Positions 1 to 10,576 of a stretch of 64,000 bases of DNA are shown here, piece after piece. Source of the stretch: Naegleria gruberi. Lineage: Eukaryota. The position numbers and the translations under genes were made by a program. A model generated the notes under the pieces. The model was not told where the DNA came from. It saw only the letters and a list, made by a program, of their open reading frames with translations, and did no database searches. Where the stretch lies: assembly GCA_000004985.1 (NCBI GenBank), contig GG738871.1, one strand, 5' to 3'. Position 1 is the first letter of the stretch. Each line of letters starts with the position of its first letter.

Positions 1-168
1 ATTGTTTCAATTTTCAAAAAGCCGGCATCATTTGAAGAAGCAGATACTTATGATCATGATGAGGAAATTATGAAACGACCACTCAGGGGAAGGTCCTACA
101 AAGAGTATGCCACATCTTCAACACGATCAAGTATGTCTTTAAACTCTTACAATGCCATCAACTAACAA
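1..168 (+). CDS. 3' end of an unknown protein-coding gene (partial, continues upstream of window)
   Basis: Open frame from position 1 (IVSIFKKPASFEEADTYDHDEEIMKRPLRGRSYKEYATSSTRSSMSLNSYNAIN*) ending at TAA at 166-168. No recognisable domain. Confidence 0.3.
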
Positions 169-334
169 AATAATTTATTAAAAAAGATTCTTCTACAACT
201 TTGGCTTAATACTATTTAATCTTCTAACTCGACTTATAACTCGATTTGATTACCTTACTAACTGATATTAAAATTTATTTATGCTTCCCCGTTGCAGCCT
301 TAGTGTTTTTTTTTAAAAGTAATACCTTGTTTAT

Positions 335-2974
335 TTAATTTGATTGTGTCACAATGGCAATGTCATCAAATTTCCAGATATTGTCATTCAAATCGACGTC
401 GAATCCCATTTCCAACTTCTTTCCTGCACTGGCAACTTCCCACTTTTCTGGGCAAACCAGACGAAGCATCAAGAGTTTGAATAGCTCACTAACTTCATTT
501 TCATTTCTAGTGGTAAAGTAAACAACGGTTGAATAAGTGCTACACACAATGTTCATCCTCTTTGTTCTCCACCTCTTTCTTTGATATTGGTAAATAGTTT
601 CCAAGTCTAGGAGACGAACTGGAACAGTATGATGATCATCTGGGCCTTCTGATTCAATACCGAGTTGATTGAATTCATTCAACCCAATTGAATAGACCTC
701 AACCTCTTGAGGTGACCTTTTGGATTTCTTTGTATAGACCAAGTGGCATTTTCCTACGTAAATATCGAGAATATTTGGATCGGAGAGAATTTCGGATCTG
801 GTTGGTGGAATGATATCCATAGCATAACCCACAGCAGCATGACCATATTGATTATCACCCATTACATAGAAACTTCCATTCACATCCCTCAGATAGGATG
901 TAAGGGAGTTGGAATAAATATCACAAATATTTGCATTAAATCTATGAATAATTTCTTTGAGAAGAGTAAAGTTTTCAACTGGACCTCCACTTCCAATTTC
1001 TCCATAATTATTTGAACCTGTAACGAAAACTTCGCCATTGGCTGTCAGCAACATGGTGTGATAGTCTCCGGCTTGTACTTTTACAATTCTGGATTTTGTA
1101 AACCTGCTTGTATCCAATTTAGTGAGCTCGTTAACAGTTGGAGGGAAGGAATTTCCAAGTTGGAAATCACTATTATCACCACACATATACACTTGATGGT
1201 CAAAAGTTAAAATTACTGTATGATCATAGCCACAAACAACTTGTTGGATTGGTCCAACTTGTTTTGATACTTTTGTGAGTTTGGTAATTTCTTGGTCAGG
1301 GCTTCCAATACCACATTGACCGAATCTATTACTTCCACAAGTGTACAGTGAGATATTGTCATGAGCCAAGAATAGAGTATGCTCGCCTCGAGAAATGATT
1401 TCCTTAATGTGTAAGAATTGAGCATCTGGAATTTCAGCCAAATCATTCCCAGGATGACCTAATTGTTGGCATGAATTTTCACCACATGACCAAATTCTAC
1501 CTGACTGACTCAAAAAGAAGGTATTATCAAAACCTGCAGCAACAAAAACAATCTCATCTGTAATGTGAGCATAATTGTTGACAAAATCGTGCTTGCTAGT
1601 AATCTTTGAAGTGGTTGGAATTTGTGTGGCATGGGATTGGGTTGGTAAAAATCTGGTAATATCAATAGGGTGAATGACTGTAGTTTCAATACCTTCTGCA
1701 AAACTGGTAGCTGAGCCAAAGAATGAGGTATTATGAGATCTACCTGTGAGTGATGAAGAGGAAGAGGATGAAGATGATTTGCTCTCAATAGTTGCAGAGC
1801 TTCCAAAATTCTTTTGTTGGTTATTCATATTATTATTATTATTATTTGGAGGCAAAAATGGTGAAAGGTAGTTCAAATTTACAGAGCTCCTATAGTATGG
1901 AGCGTTTGGAAGTGATTCAGGTTGAGTTGTTACTGGAGTTTTTTCGGTTTCTCCAGGAGTAATAATGATATCGAGTGATGATGGTTCATCGTTGCTATTG
2001 TACAATTGGTTGGAAAAACTAGTATCATTGTTGGAAAAGCTACTATTGAGCCCTGATGGAGGATTATATAATTGTTGTCCGATGGAGGTTGGAACTCTAT
2101 GGGCTGTTTCAATCAAGGATGATGAAACAGAGAATGAATTAGCTTGTTGGATATCATTGAATTCATCAAAATTATTTCTATTGGAAGGCACTGGGTTGAC
2201 ATTTTGTAAAATACAATCCTCATCATTGTTGAGGGAGAGATTGATTTCTGGAGCCTTTAAAAAGCAACTATTTTCTCGCTGGTTATAGGATTCAGCACTG
2301 ATCATGCTAATATTCGATCGTTGTTTTGTGACAGACATACTAGAGAGATTGAGTCTGTCAATAGGTGCAGATTTTCCAATCTTGTACATCCTAGTTGACT
2401 TAGATAAAACAAATTGATCAACAGCAATATCATGCAATAAATTATATCTGTTATCTCCACAATAGAATACCTTGTAGTGATGGTATGGTCTAATGAGAGA
2501 ACCACTTGGTAATCGTTTTCGTGAGTGGGCGTTAACTGGTGTTTGTGAAAGTCCTTTTGTCGTTTCCTCCGAAGAAACTGTCAGAAAATTATTCTGAGTA
2601 GTGGCACCATTCATAATGACATTATTGGTGTGAATATTTGTTGTTGATGGAGGAACATTAGAGGAGCAACTCATTCTATTCAACAAGTAATCAACACCAT
2701 CCAATTGACCTGATGAACCTTGACCGGACAAGAAGGCATCCTCTTCATCCTGTTTTGGAGAGGAAGTGGGCGATGAATTGTGACTGTACGAAGACGACGC
2801 ATTCGAACCTGTTCCAGCCTTTGTTTGTGGCGAAAGTGAATCGGATGATGTTCTATGAGTGAGTCCTGAAGGTTGACTAGCAGCCTTTGTTCGTAATCTT
2901 TGTGGTGGAACAAAATCGTCTCCTGCTGAAACACTCTCCTGTATACTAGCAAGTTTAAATATCTTGAACACCAT
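335..2974 (-). CDS. RCC1-repeat (regulator of chromosome condensation-like beta-propeller) protein with long S/N/T-rich low-complexity N-terminus
   Basis: 879-aa uninterrupted ORF. The C-terminal half contains repeated RCC1-type blades (e.g. SCGENSCQQLGHPGN, YTCGSNRFGQCGIG, YMCGDNSDFQLGNS, FVTGSNNYGEIGSG, YVMGDNQYGHAAVG). The N-terminal about 400 aa is Ser/Asn/Thr-rich low complexity. Confidence 0.7.
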   Translation of the reverse strand: MVFKIFKLASIQESVSAGDDFVPPQRLRTKAASQPSGLTHRTSSDSLSPQTKAGTGSNASSSYSHNSSPTSSPKQDEEDAFLSGQGSSGQLDGVDYLLNRMSCSSNVPPSTTNIHTNNVIMNGATTQNNFLTVSSEETTKGLSQTPVNAHSRKRLPSGSLIRPYHHYKVFYCGDNRYNLLHDIAVDQFVLSKSTRMYKIGKSAPIDRLNLSSMSVTKQRSNISMISAESYNQRENSCFLKAPEINLSLNNDEDCILQNVNPVPSNRNNFDEFNDIQQANSFSVSSSLIETAHRVPTSIGQQLYNPPSGLNSSFSNNDTSFSNQLYNSNDEPSSLDIIITPGETEKTPVTTQPESLPNAPYYRSSVNLNYLSPFLPPNNNNNNMNNQQKNFGSSATIESKSSSSSSSSSLTGRSHNTSFFGSATSFAEGIETTVIHPIDITRFLPTQSHATQIPTTSKITSKHDFVNNYAHITDEIVFVAAGFDNTFFLSQSGRIWSCGENSCQQLGHPGNDLAEIPDAQFLHIKEIISRGEHTLFLAHDNISLYTCGSNRFGQCGIGSPDQEITKLTKVSKQVGPIQQVVCGYDHTVILTFDHQVYMCGDNSDFQLGNSFPPTVNELTKLDTSRFTKSRIVKVQAGDYHTMLLTANGEVFVTGSNNYGEIGSGGPVENFTLLKEIIHRFNANICDIYSNSLTSYLRDVNGSFYVMGDNQYGHAAVGYAMDIIPPTRSEILSDPNILDIYVGKCHLVYTKKSKRSPQEVEVYSIGLNEFNQLGIESEGPDDHHTVPVRLLDLETIYQYQRKRWRTKRMNIVCSTYSTVVYFTTRNENEVSELFKLLMLRLVCPEKWEVASAGKKLEMGFDVDLNDNIWKFDDIAIVTQSN

Positions 2975-4508
2975 GATCTTGTTGTTTTCTCTTTAAAAAA
3001 GGCCTAGTTTAGTTCTACTGGAGTAGTAGTTTTGAGTGGTTCTGGTTGTTGTTGTTGTTGTAGTTTTGACAACGTTTTTCCAAATCAGCGTGCAGAGTTT
3101 GTAGTTGTGCTGGTTGTTGTAGTTTTGTTTTTTTGAAAGGTTGAGAAAAAAAGGTGTTGGAGGCAATTTTTTAAAGTTTTGTCAAGTTTGAAAAAGCCTT
3201 GTGGTTCTTCAAAGTGTTTCGTCCAAAATCAGCACCGAGTTACCCCACTGGGTTGTTCTTTTCTACTTTTCTTCAAATAAAAGTAGAATGGAAGTAGAGA
3301 GCAAAATATTAATATTATACAATAGTCAGCTCACACTACTGATTAAAACTCTTTGCAATACAACAACAATACTATCTTTTGATGTCCAATGATTTTACTG
3401 TAAATTAAGTTTGCCGCCAGAAATTTGTTTGTTGGCTCACTTAAACTTGTATTTTACTAGATTTAGTGTTTTGTTGTCTACTGATACAATGATGAAGATG
3501 ACACAATGAAAAAGGCACGATAATGGTAATTGGCCTTGCAGATGTTGGTTTGATTGGTGCGTTTTTTTCTCTTGTTCCTTCTCGAGTCAACCAAGAGTTT
3601 TAAAATTTGATTTTGCAATACAACAGCAACAATGCAACTTGTAATTTTACGACTCTTCGTTTTTTGGAATAATTTCTCCAAATGTGATGATTGAAAGAGA
3701 AGATGTTGAGTCGAATTGTTTATGGTTCAATGGTTTTGAATTGACTGTTTAGGAGTTTTAGTTGTGAAAAGGAATCGATAATTAACAAATTAAAAATGAA
3801 TCAGTGATTGATAAGATTTTGACCAAAGGTTTATTATTCGAAACAAAAAAAGAGAAAATGATAAACTATTTCATAAGACTTCAAATTCAGCATTGGCACT
3901 AACAAACCATGACTGTCGGACGACTTCCTTTCTTCAATGTTTCAACTCAAAGCAATTGTATTCGAATCTCGTTAATTTTATACAAAATTGAAGTTATTTC
4001 TAACTCTACAATAGTGGCAATTGACTTTCTTTAAAAATACATCAAATTGCCAACAGAATCCATCATCATCAAACAAATATTGCAAGTGGAAATGCAGAAA
4101 ACAGAAACAGAACGACGTCATATTATTCTTCTTGGTCGGAAGAATATCACTTAATATCTGCCATTAAGCATGCGCGTGAGGATTAATCTTATTGAAACCC
4201 TCCTTTTATTTATCAAGGTTTTTTATGTAGACGGCAGTTTGGCGCACAATACCTCAACATCTCTACAGTTGAAACGCACATTTTGAACGCATCTTACTTC
4301 AATTGTGCTTCTTCTAATTATTCATGCTATTATTTAACGTGCTTGTATTAAGAAACTACAGAAAAAACAAAAGGAAAAAGTGAGGGATAACTGATCAATT
4401 AATAATTAAGAGCGAAACAAGGGTATATTCGGAAGAAGAAAACAAACCTCAACACTAATTTCATGTGCAATTGTTATCAACAACATCAGAGTAAAACAAT
4501 TCATAAAG

Positions 4509-6725
4509 ATGAGTATAGAAATTAAAGTAAAACCCAAGATGAGTCATCAACAATCCAAACAGCATGATGAAATTGTCAATGATCATAAGGCTCACAATCA
4601 GAAGAATCATCATCAGAGACCTTCTGTTCTCTTGTCGTGGCACAATTTAGAGTTTAAAGTAAAGGTGGCTGCTAGTCAGGCTTCAAGAAGAATTGCACCA
4701 TCAAGTTCGGAAGAGCAATTGAATGGAGAATCACAACAAGAAAATGCATCATCACAAAAATCTTGGAATCCTGTCAATTACTTTAAACAGAAAATAGCAA
4801 AGGTTGAGAAACAAGTATTGCAACCAATGACTGGTTTTGTAGAGCCAGGCACAGTTTTGGCAATAATGGGCCCTAGGTAAGTTTTTGCATCTTGTTTATT
4901 TACAGTTGAATGCGGTTCAAATTTTTCAATCTACAATTTGATTCAGTGGTTCTGGCAAGACAAGTTTTCTCAATTTGCTAGCTCAAAGAGTTAAACCAAG
5001 TGGAGGAACAATTAAAATCAATGGAGAAAATGTATCAAATCATATGAGCTCATTCATGGCATGCAGTGCATTTGTGGAGCAGGATGATGTCTTGATGGGT
5101 TCACTCACGGTCAGAGAAACATTGAGATATGCGGCCTTATTGAAAATGCCATCAAGTAAATATACAATGAGAGAAAAGATGGAACGAGTTGACCATTTGT
5201 TGAAAGAATTGGGATTGGAAAAGAGTGCAGATACAATTGTAGGAGTTCCCGGACTTTCGAAAGGTATTTCAGGAGGTGAAAGAAAAAGACTCAGCATTGC
5301 TGTGGAAATTATCAATGATCCAGCTGTATTATTTTTGGATGGTAAGTGGTTTTATCTTTATATGTAAATTAATCATTCTTTGAATTTGTTTTGATATTAT
5401 TATCATTAGAGGTAACAACTGGATTGGATGCAAGAACAAGTTTAAATGTAATTCAAACAATTATGAAATTGGCAAGAAAGGGAACAACTATTGTATTAAC
5501 AATTCACCAACCTCGTTCAGATATTTTCCAAATGTTTGATAGGCTTATTCTTCTTGCACAGGGAAGAATTGCTTATTTTGGAGATGGTCAGCATGTTTCA
5601 CATTATTTTGAAAAACTTGGCTATCAATGTCCAGAAGACTACAATATTGCAGATTATTGTATCGATCTGATTAGTGAAAATCCGTCCTACACCAGTGATA
5701 ATCCAAAGAAGAAACTAGACGAAGCAAGAAGAATTACCTCAATATTGGATCACTATGAAAAACACACTTCACAATCAATGAAGACGCCAAAATACGATTC
5801 AGAAAGTCAAACAGATTTCAAAGCTTTGAAACTCACTAGAAACAATGCCTTCTCACAATTTATCATTCTATGTCTGAGAGGGTTACTTAATACTGTAAGA
5901 AATAAGCAATTAACAACTGTGAAAGTTTTCCAACAAATAGTAATGGCATTACTGGTTGGTTTGATTTTTATTCGATTGGGACATACCCAAACAGATGTAC
6001 AAAATAGAATTGGAGCATTATTTTTCATAATGGTAAGTTTTTGAACCCAATTTTAAATTATATTGATTTCATAATAGACCAATCAAATCATGTCTCCACT
6101 CTTTGGATCAGTTTCAAGTTTTCACAATGATAGACCTGTTTTATTCAGAGAAAGAGGGGCGAACCTTTACAATATTGGCAGTTTTTACTTTTCCAATCTG
6201 GTTGTTCAAATGCCTTTATCAATGTTTTTCCCAATATTCTTTGGATCAATGGTGTATTATTTAGTAGGTCTAAATGAAAATGTAGAACGATTCTTCATGT
6301 TTATACTCATACTGATAGTGGTAGCCATCTCTGCCAGTAGTATGGGTTCTCTGTTTGCAGTGCTGAGCCCATCGTTTGGTGTGGCCATGTCAGTCATTCC
6401 TCTCATCACAACCATGTTGATGCTCTTTGGAGGATTCTACAGAAATGTCTCAAATATTCCACCTTACTTTATTTGGATTTACTGGATATCGGTATACCAC
6501 TTTGGGTTTGAGGCATTAGTTCACAATGAGTTAGTTGGAGCTGTCTTTGAATGCCCTACATCCTTCTGTGCCTCACCAACTGGAGAAGCAGTTATTGAGG
6601 TTTTGGAAATGAATGGTCCTCTCTCCAACATTTGGATCAACTTGGGTTTCATGTTGGCTGTGGCACTCATTTGTCAAATTATCAGTTTTATTGTGTTGGC
6701 ACTTTTCGTCAAACCAAAACGATAA
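4509..6725 (+). CDS. ABC transporter, G subfamily (white/ABCG-type half transporter, NBD followed by TMD), 4 exons
   Basis: Exons are approximately 4509..4876, 4947..5341, 5410..6031 and 6078..6725 (within 2 nt). The introns are GTAAGT...AG (70, 68 and 46 nt) and all junctions keep the frame. Walker A (GPSGSGKTS) is rebuilt across intron 1, and the ABC signature/Walker B ([32 protein letters not shown]) is rebuilt across intron 2. The Q-loop and H-loop (TIHQP) are present, and the C-terminal exon encodes about 6 hydrophobic TM helices typical of ABCG. Confidence 0.85.
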
Positions 6726-6870
6726 ATAAATTTTTTATTAACACTATATTTATATTACATTATTTATACATGTAATTAATAAATTATTAAAGAGAAATTC
6801 TAAATTAATAAATGCTCATAAGATTGAACAAGATTCTCATCACAAATTAATTTTTTAAATTTTAAAAAAA

Positions 6871-9639
6871 ATGTACTGCAGTAGTACCTCATCGCCAACT
6901 GCTGATACTACTCTGAATAATAACAACAACAGTTCAGTGGAAGACGAAAGCACTAAGAGACGATATTTCAGAGATATACCGATCGTTAAATTTCCAACAG
7001 ATTATGTGCAACGGAATGATGTTTACATGTACACTGAAGATATATCCTACTTTTTGGGAGGTATAATTCCTGCTTCCGATATTGAAAGTTTATTTGAGGA
7101 ATTTAGAAAAATTTGTCCCAAGAAGATTAAACACGAGCAACAAGAAGTTGTAACTTTTAAATATAAAAAGCAGAGTAAAAAGAGGAAGAAAAAGATATTT
7201 GATACTATAAAGGAACGAATGTTGACTTTTCAAGAAGGACATACAAAGTCAACACCAAGAAGTGTCATAGAGGCAACGAGGAATGCTGAAAGATTCTGTT
7301 TTTTGAATGCAGAACGAGTTCATTCAATGTTTTTAAATGCACTTGTGGAATCTGAATCGGATTTACCTGTTGCTTTCATCTTGTTGAGATCGATTTTGGA
7401 CGAAAAGATAATCAAATCTCCATATAAATCATCAATAGGAATTCATGCAGATTATCCATCTATGGAGCAGAAACAAGAGGGAAAAATGGATATTGTCTTT
7501 CCTCCAGAATTTAAACGTTCGAAACATGCATTGTGGACTATTAGGAAAAAAAATACAAAGGAAATGGAATCGGAAAAGAAAAAGCCCTCAACAGAAGAAA
7601 AGAATTCCAAGTCTGCAACATCTTCAACATCCAAACCAGCTGAAGCACCATCGTCTTCTGGAAAATCGTCAGAAAAGGAGGAAAGGGAAGAATCTCTATT
7701 CCTTCCATTGGGTGGGCATGAAAGTTCCATAGACTCACCAAAAATTATAGAAAAAACGAGTAATAGCACCACTACCAATAATACTAAGAATATTTCTCAA
7801 CCAATAATTCCAACATTTACTCACAGTTTAATATCAATAGGAAAATCAGTGAGAGTTTTATATTCAATGGATACTAGTAAGAATAATTCAATCAATTTAA
7901 CGATATCAATTAAGGAATATGATGAAGCTATCAAGGCAACAGAGAAACAGACGAGAAACATCACTCTAACTGATAATAGAGTTAAGGAATTGTGGATTTT
8001 GGACTATGCATTTGGATTGAGCTATTCTGGAGGAATTGCGGGAATACCCTCGTCTCAGTACTTTAATTCTGGACTATCTGTGGTTTTGGATAAAAGTTTA
8101 CAGCCAATGTTGGAACAGATAAGGACTAAAATCAATATCCCTTGCGTACCCTTCTCAGAGAGTATTCTCAAGAAGGATGTCAAATCTCCTCAACAATTGT
8201 CCAGACTATGTGAGGAAATGGTCACCGACTCATCAGATGCACCATCGACCAATACCACAAGTGCAAGCAGTACAATGACTGATAACACGACAGATAATTG
8301 TCCACCTGTAAATAATATTGAATCCTCTTCCTCCTTCATTATTCCACCAACAACTAGTATTATCCCTCCTGTAAATAAGAGTAAATCAAGCGAAGAACAA
8401 CAACCTAAGACAAACTCTCAAGAGTTTACTAATCACTTCACACTTCCCGATGATGGCAAAATAGATTTGAATAAGTGTGATATTAGCATAACTTATGCTC
8501 CATGGGAAGAGGCATCTAGTCCAGTTGGTAGCAATAATGATGCATATTCTGATAGCCACTCTGTCTTTTTCGATGATGACGATCATGAATTATATATTAA
8601 TAGGAAGAGAAAGAATATGGAAGACCCTTCGAGCAGCGATGAGGAGGAGGAGGATGAGAATGATGAAACGTCAAAGAAAGGAAAAATTAATGAGCCAGAA
8701 GAAGAGTTAGAACCTCATCATATTACTGTACTTAAACGATTATTACAGTTCCAGTTGATTCGAGAAGAAGATTACGATAACAAACTCAAATTTTTCCAAG
8801 CCATCAATGAATATAGATCAGGATCTCTTCAATCCCTCCAAAAAATCATCAATTCCGAAATGGAGAGCCTGAACAATTTTACAGAGTATGAAAACTTTAT
8901 TTGTCCTCTGTCTAAGAAATTCATTTTGGATCCTGTTCTGGCTACAGATGGATTACTCTATGATAGAACGGCACTCTCTCAATGGATGATAACCTTCTCC
9001 TCTGTTTCATTGCTTGGTGGCTGTAGAGTGACATCCTTTACAAATATGCCATCTGCTGTTGAGGAAATTAATAGAATTCTCTCCAAAAAAATTGGACATT
9101 GTATTGAATTTATTGAGCAAATTGTCGAACAAAAAGTTTATTGCATTGATTTAATTCCTTTAATAGATCAAGTTGTATATTATGATTCTACCCTCAAACG
9201 GTATAGACGAAAATTGTTGGATTTTAAGGAAAAAATTATCTATCAAAATATTTCAACTATTGCAAATGGTCAGGATAGATATTTTGATTGTGGAAAGGAA
9301 ATTTTAGAGTTGGAAACTGAAAAGAATGTAAGAATTCAATATTCAATATCCATGTTGGAGAAGAACCCAAACCCTGACTATTACACATACTTCTCCCATG
9401 TTATTTATGAGTGTTGCAACCGTTCTATCAATGAATTGAAACAGGTTCCAAATTTGTCAACACAAATTCTCAACAATATTCTGACTGTTCTATTTCTCAA
9501 AAGAGAGTTTAATCATCCTCAATTCTTTAGTTCTGTAAATATTGATCTTTTCACTCAACCGACAGCTAATCATTGGATGCACATGCTAATACTCCTCTCT
9601 CAAACTGAGGCAGAGATTCTTGCATCAAATCATCAGTAA
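6871..9639 (+). CDS. Large (922 aa) U-box domain protein, putative E3 ubiquitin ligase; rest of protein uncharacterised, acidic/Ser-rich linker
   Basis: Single long ORF. The C-terminal region contains a U-box-like motif FICPLSKKFILDPVLATDGLLYDRTALSQWM (compare the canonical F-CPI-----DPV---G-TYER--I--W). There are poly-acidic stretches (SSSDEEEEDENDE). Confidence 0.55.
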   Translation: MYCSSTSSPTADTTLNNNNNSSVEDESTKRRYFRDIPIVKFPTDYVQRNDVYMYTEDISYFLGGIIPASDIESLFEEFRKICPKKIKHEQQEVVTFKYKKQSKKRKKKIFDTIKERMLTFQEGHTKSTPRSVIEATRNAERFCFLNAERVHSMFLNALVESESDLPVAFILLRSILDEKIIKSPYKSSIGIHADYPSMEQKQEGKMDIVFPPEFKRSKHALWTIRKKNTKEMESEKKKPSTEEKNSKSATSSTSKPAEAPSSSGKSSEKEEREESLFLPLGGHESSIDSPKIIEKTSNSTTTNNTKNISQPIIPTFTHSLISIGKSVRVLYSMDTSKNNSINLTISIKEYDEAIKATEKQTRNITLTDNRVKELWILDYAFGLSYSGGIAGIPSSQYFNSGLSVVLDKSLQPMLEQIRTKINIPCVPFSESILKKDVKSPQQLSRLCEEMVTDSSDAPSTNTTSASSTMTDNTTDNCPPVNNIESSSSFIIPPTTSIIPPVNKSKSSEEQQPKTNSQEFTNHFTLPDDGKIDLNKCDISITYAPWEEASSPVGSNNDAYSDSHSVFFDDDDHELYINRKRKNMEDPSSSDEEEEDENDETSKKGKINEPEEELEPHHITVLKRLLQFQLIREEDYDNKLKFFQAINEYRSGSLQSLQKIINSEMESLNNFTEYENFICPLSKKFILDPVLATDGLLYDRTALSQWMITFSSVSLLGGCRVTSFTNMPSAVEEINRILSKKIGHCIEFIEQIVEQKVYCIDLIPLIDQVVYYDSTLKRYRRKLLDFKEKIIYQNISTIANGQDRYFDCGKEILELETEKNVRIQYSISMLEKNPNPDYYTYFSHVIYECCNRSINELKQVPNLSTQILNNILTVLFLKREFNHPQFFSSVNIDLFTQPTANHWMHMLILLSQTEAEILASNHQ

Positions 9640-9817
9640 TTTATTATAAACATTTCTAATATGAACAATGACCAAGTGTATTAATATTTTCGGTAAAGTT
9701 AATAAGGATAAAATATGTTATTAATAAATATCTTATTGAACTGTATCTCTAAATTGTCATGATGATTTTAATTAAACACTTGAAGTCTGACAAGTTACCA
9801 TATCATCTCAAAAAAAA

Positions 9818-10421
9818 ATGTCATTCTCACTTCCAACAGAAAAACCAATCGTTCTCTCCTACTTTCAAAAATACGACAATAACAACTCTTCATCTATCGG
9901 ATTAAAAGAACTAACTCAACTCTTATCCGATTTGGGTTTTAAAATTGAACAAAAAAATAGTGAAAACAATGAACGTTCTTGGCGGGAATTGAAAAAGAAG
10001 GAAGTTAAGGCAATCGCAACCTTGATCGATAGAGATTGCTCCAAGTCGATTTGTTTTGAAGAGTTTTATATTTGGTGGATTAAATTGAGTGGATCGGGAT
10101 TTTCTACATTGACTAAGAAGGTTAAAATGTTGACTGCTGCTTATGATAGTTTTGTTGTATGTTGTTGTTATTTAATATTTAATATTTAATATATAATTAT
10201 TTTATCATCACAAATATTAAATGTTGATAAAGAATTTCGATAAAGATAAAAGTGGATTTTTGGATTTCCCTGAAGAATTTGATCAATTCTATCAAGCCTA
10301 TTTCCAAGATGCTGGTGATGCTACTCATTCTAAAGAACAAGTTGCTAAAGAACTTGACAAGGATGGAGATGGAAAAGTTTCATTCCAAGAATTGGTTCAA
10401 ATTTTAGGAATTTTAAACTAA
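9818..10421 (+). CDS. Small EF-hand calcium-binding protein, 2 exons
   Basis: Exon 1 is 9818..10156 with donor GTATGT, and exon 2 is 10233..10421 after acceptor AAAG; both junctions are phase 0. Exon 2 encodes two canonical EF-hand loops (DKDKSGFLDFPEF and DKDGDGKVSFQEL). Exon 1 contains an EF-hand-like loop (DRDCSKSICFEEF). Confidence 0.55.
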
Positions 10422-10576
10422 ACTCCAACTATTAGAAACATTTCAATTATTTCATTATCAAATTATGTATTTTAAAATTTAAAACTCAATAATATCACAT
10501 TTAAATTAAAATACTAAAATTTTTATTGATCTTTACCACCATCAAATGTCACCTGCCAAAAACATTATTAAAAAAA

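Noticed and set aside
743-1015. Numerous 60-150-aa ORFs in the track that lie antisense or out of frame inside larger genes (e.g. 743..1015 +, 7452..7778 -, 12164..12448 -, 33644..34143 +, 40213..40536 -, 62252..62509 -)
   Set aside because: They overlap long, domain-bearing ORFs on the other strand or frame. Their translations are low-complexity or hydrophobic nonsense typical of AT-rich antisense frames, and no independent start or splice signals are evident.
3040-3130. (GTT)n / TGTTG microsatellite-like runs in the RCC1-ABCG divergent intergenic region
   Set aside because: Short, simple low-complexity sequence. It is unremarkable for AT-rich intergenic DNA.
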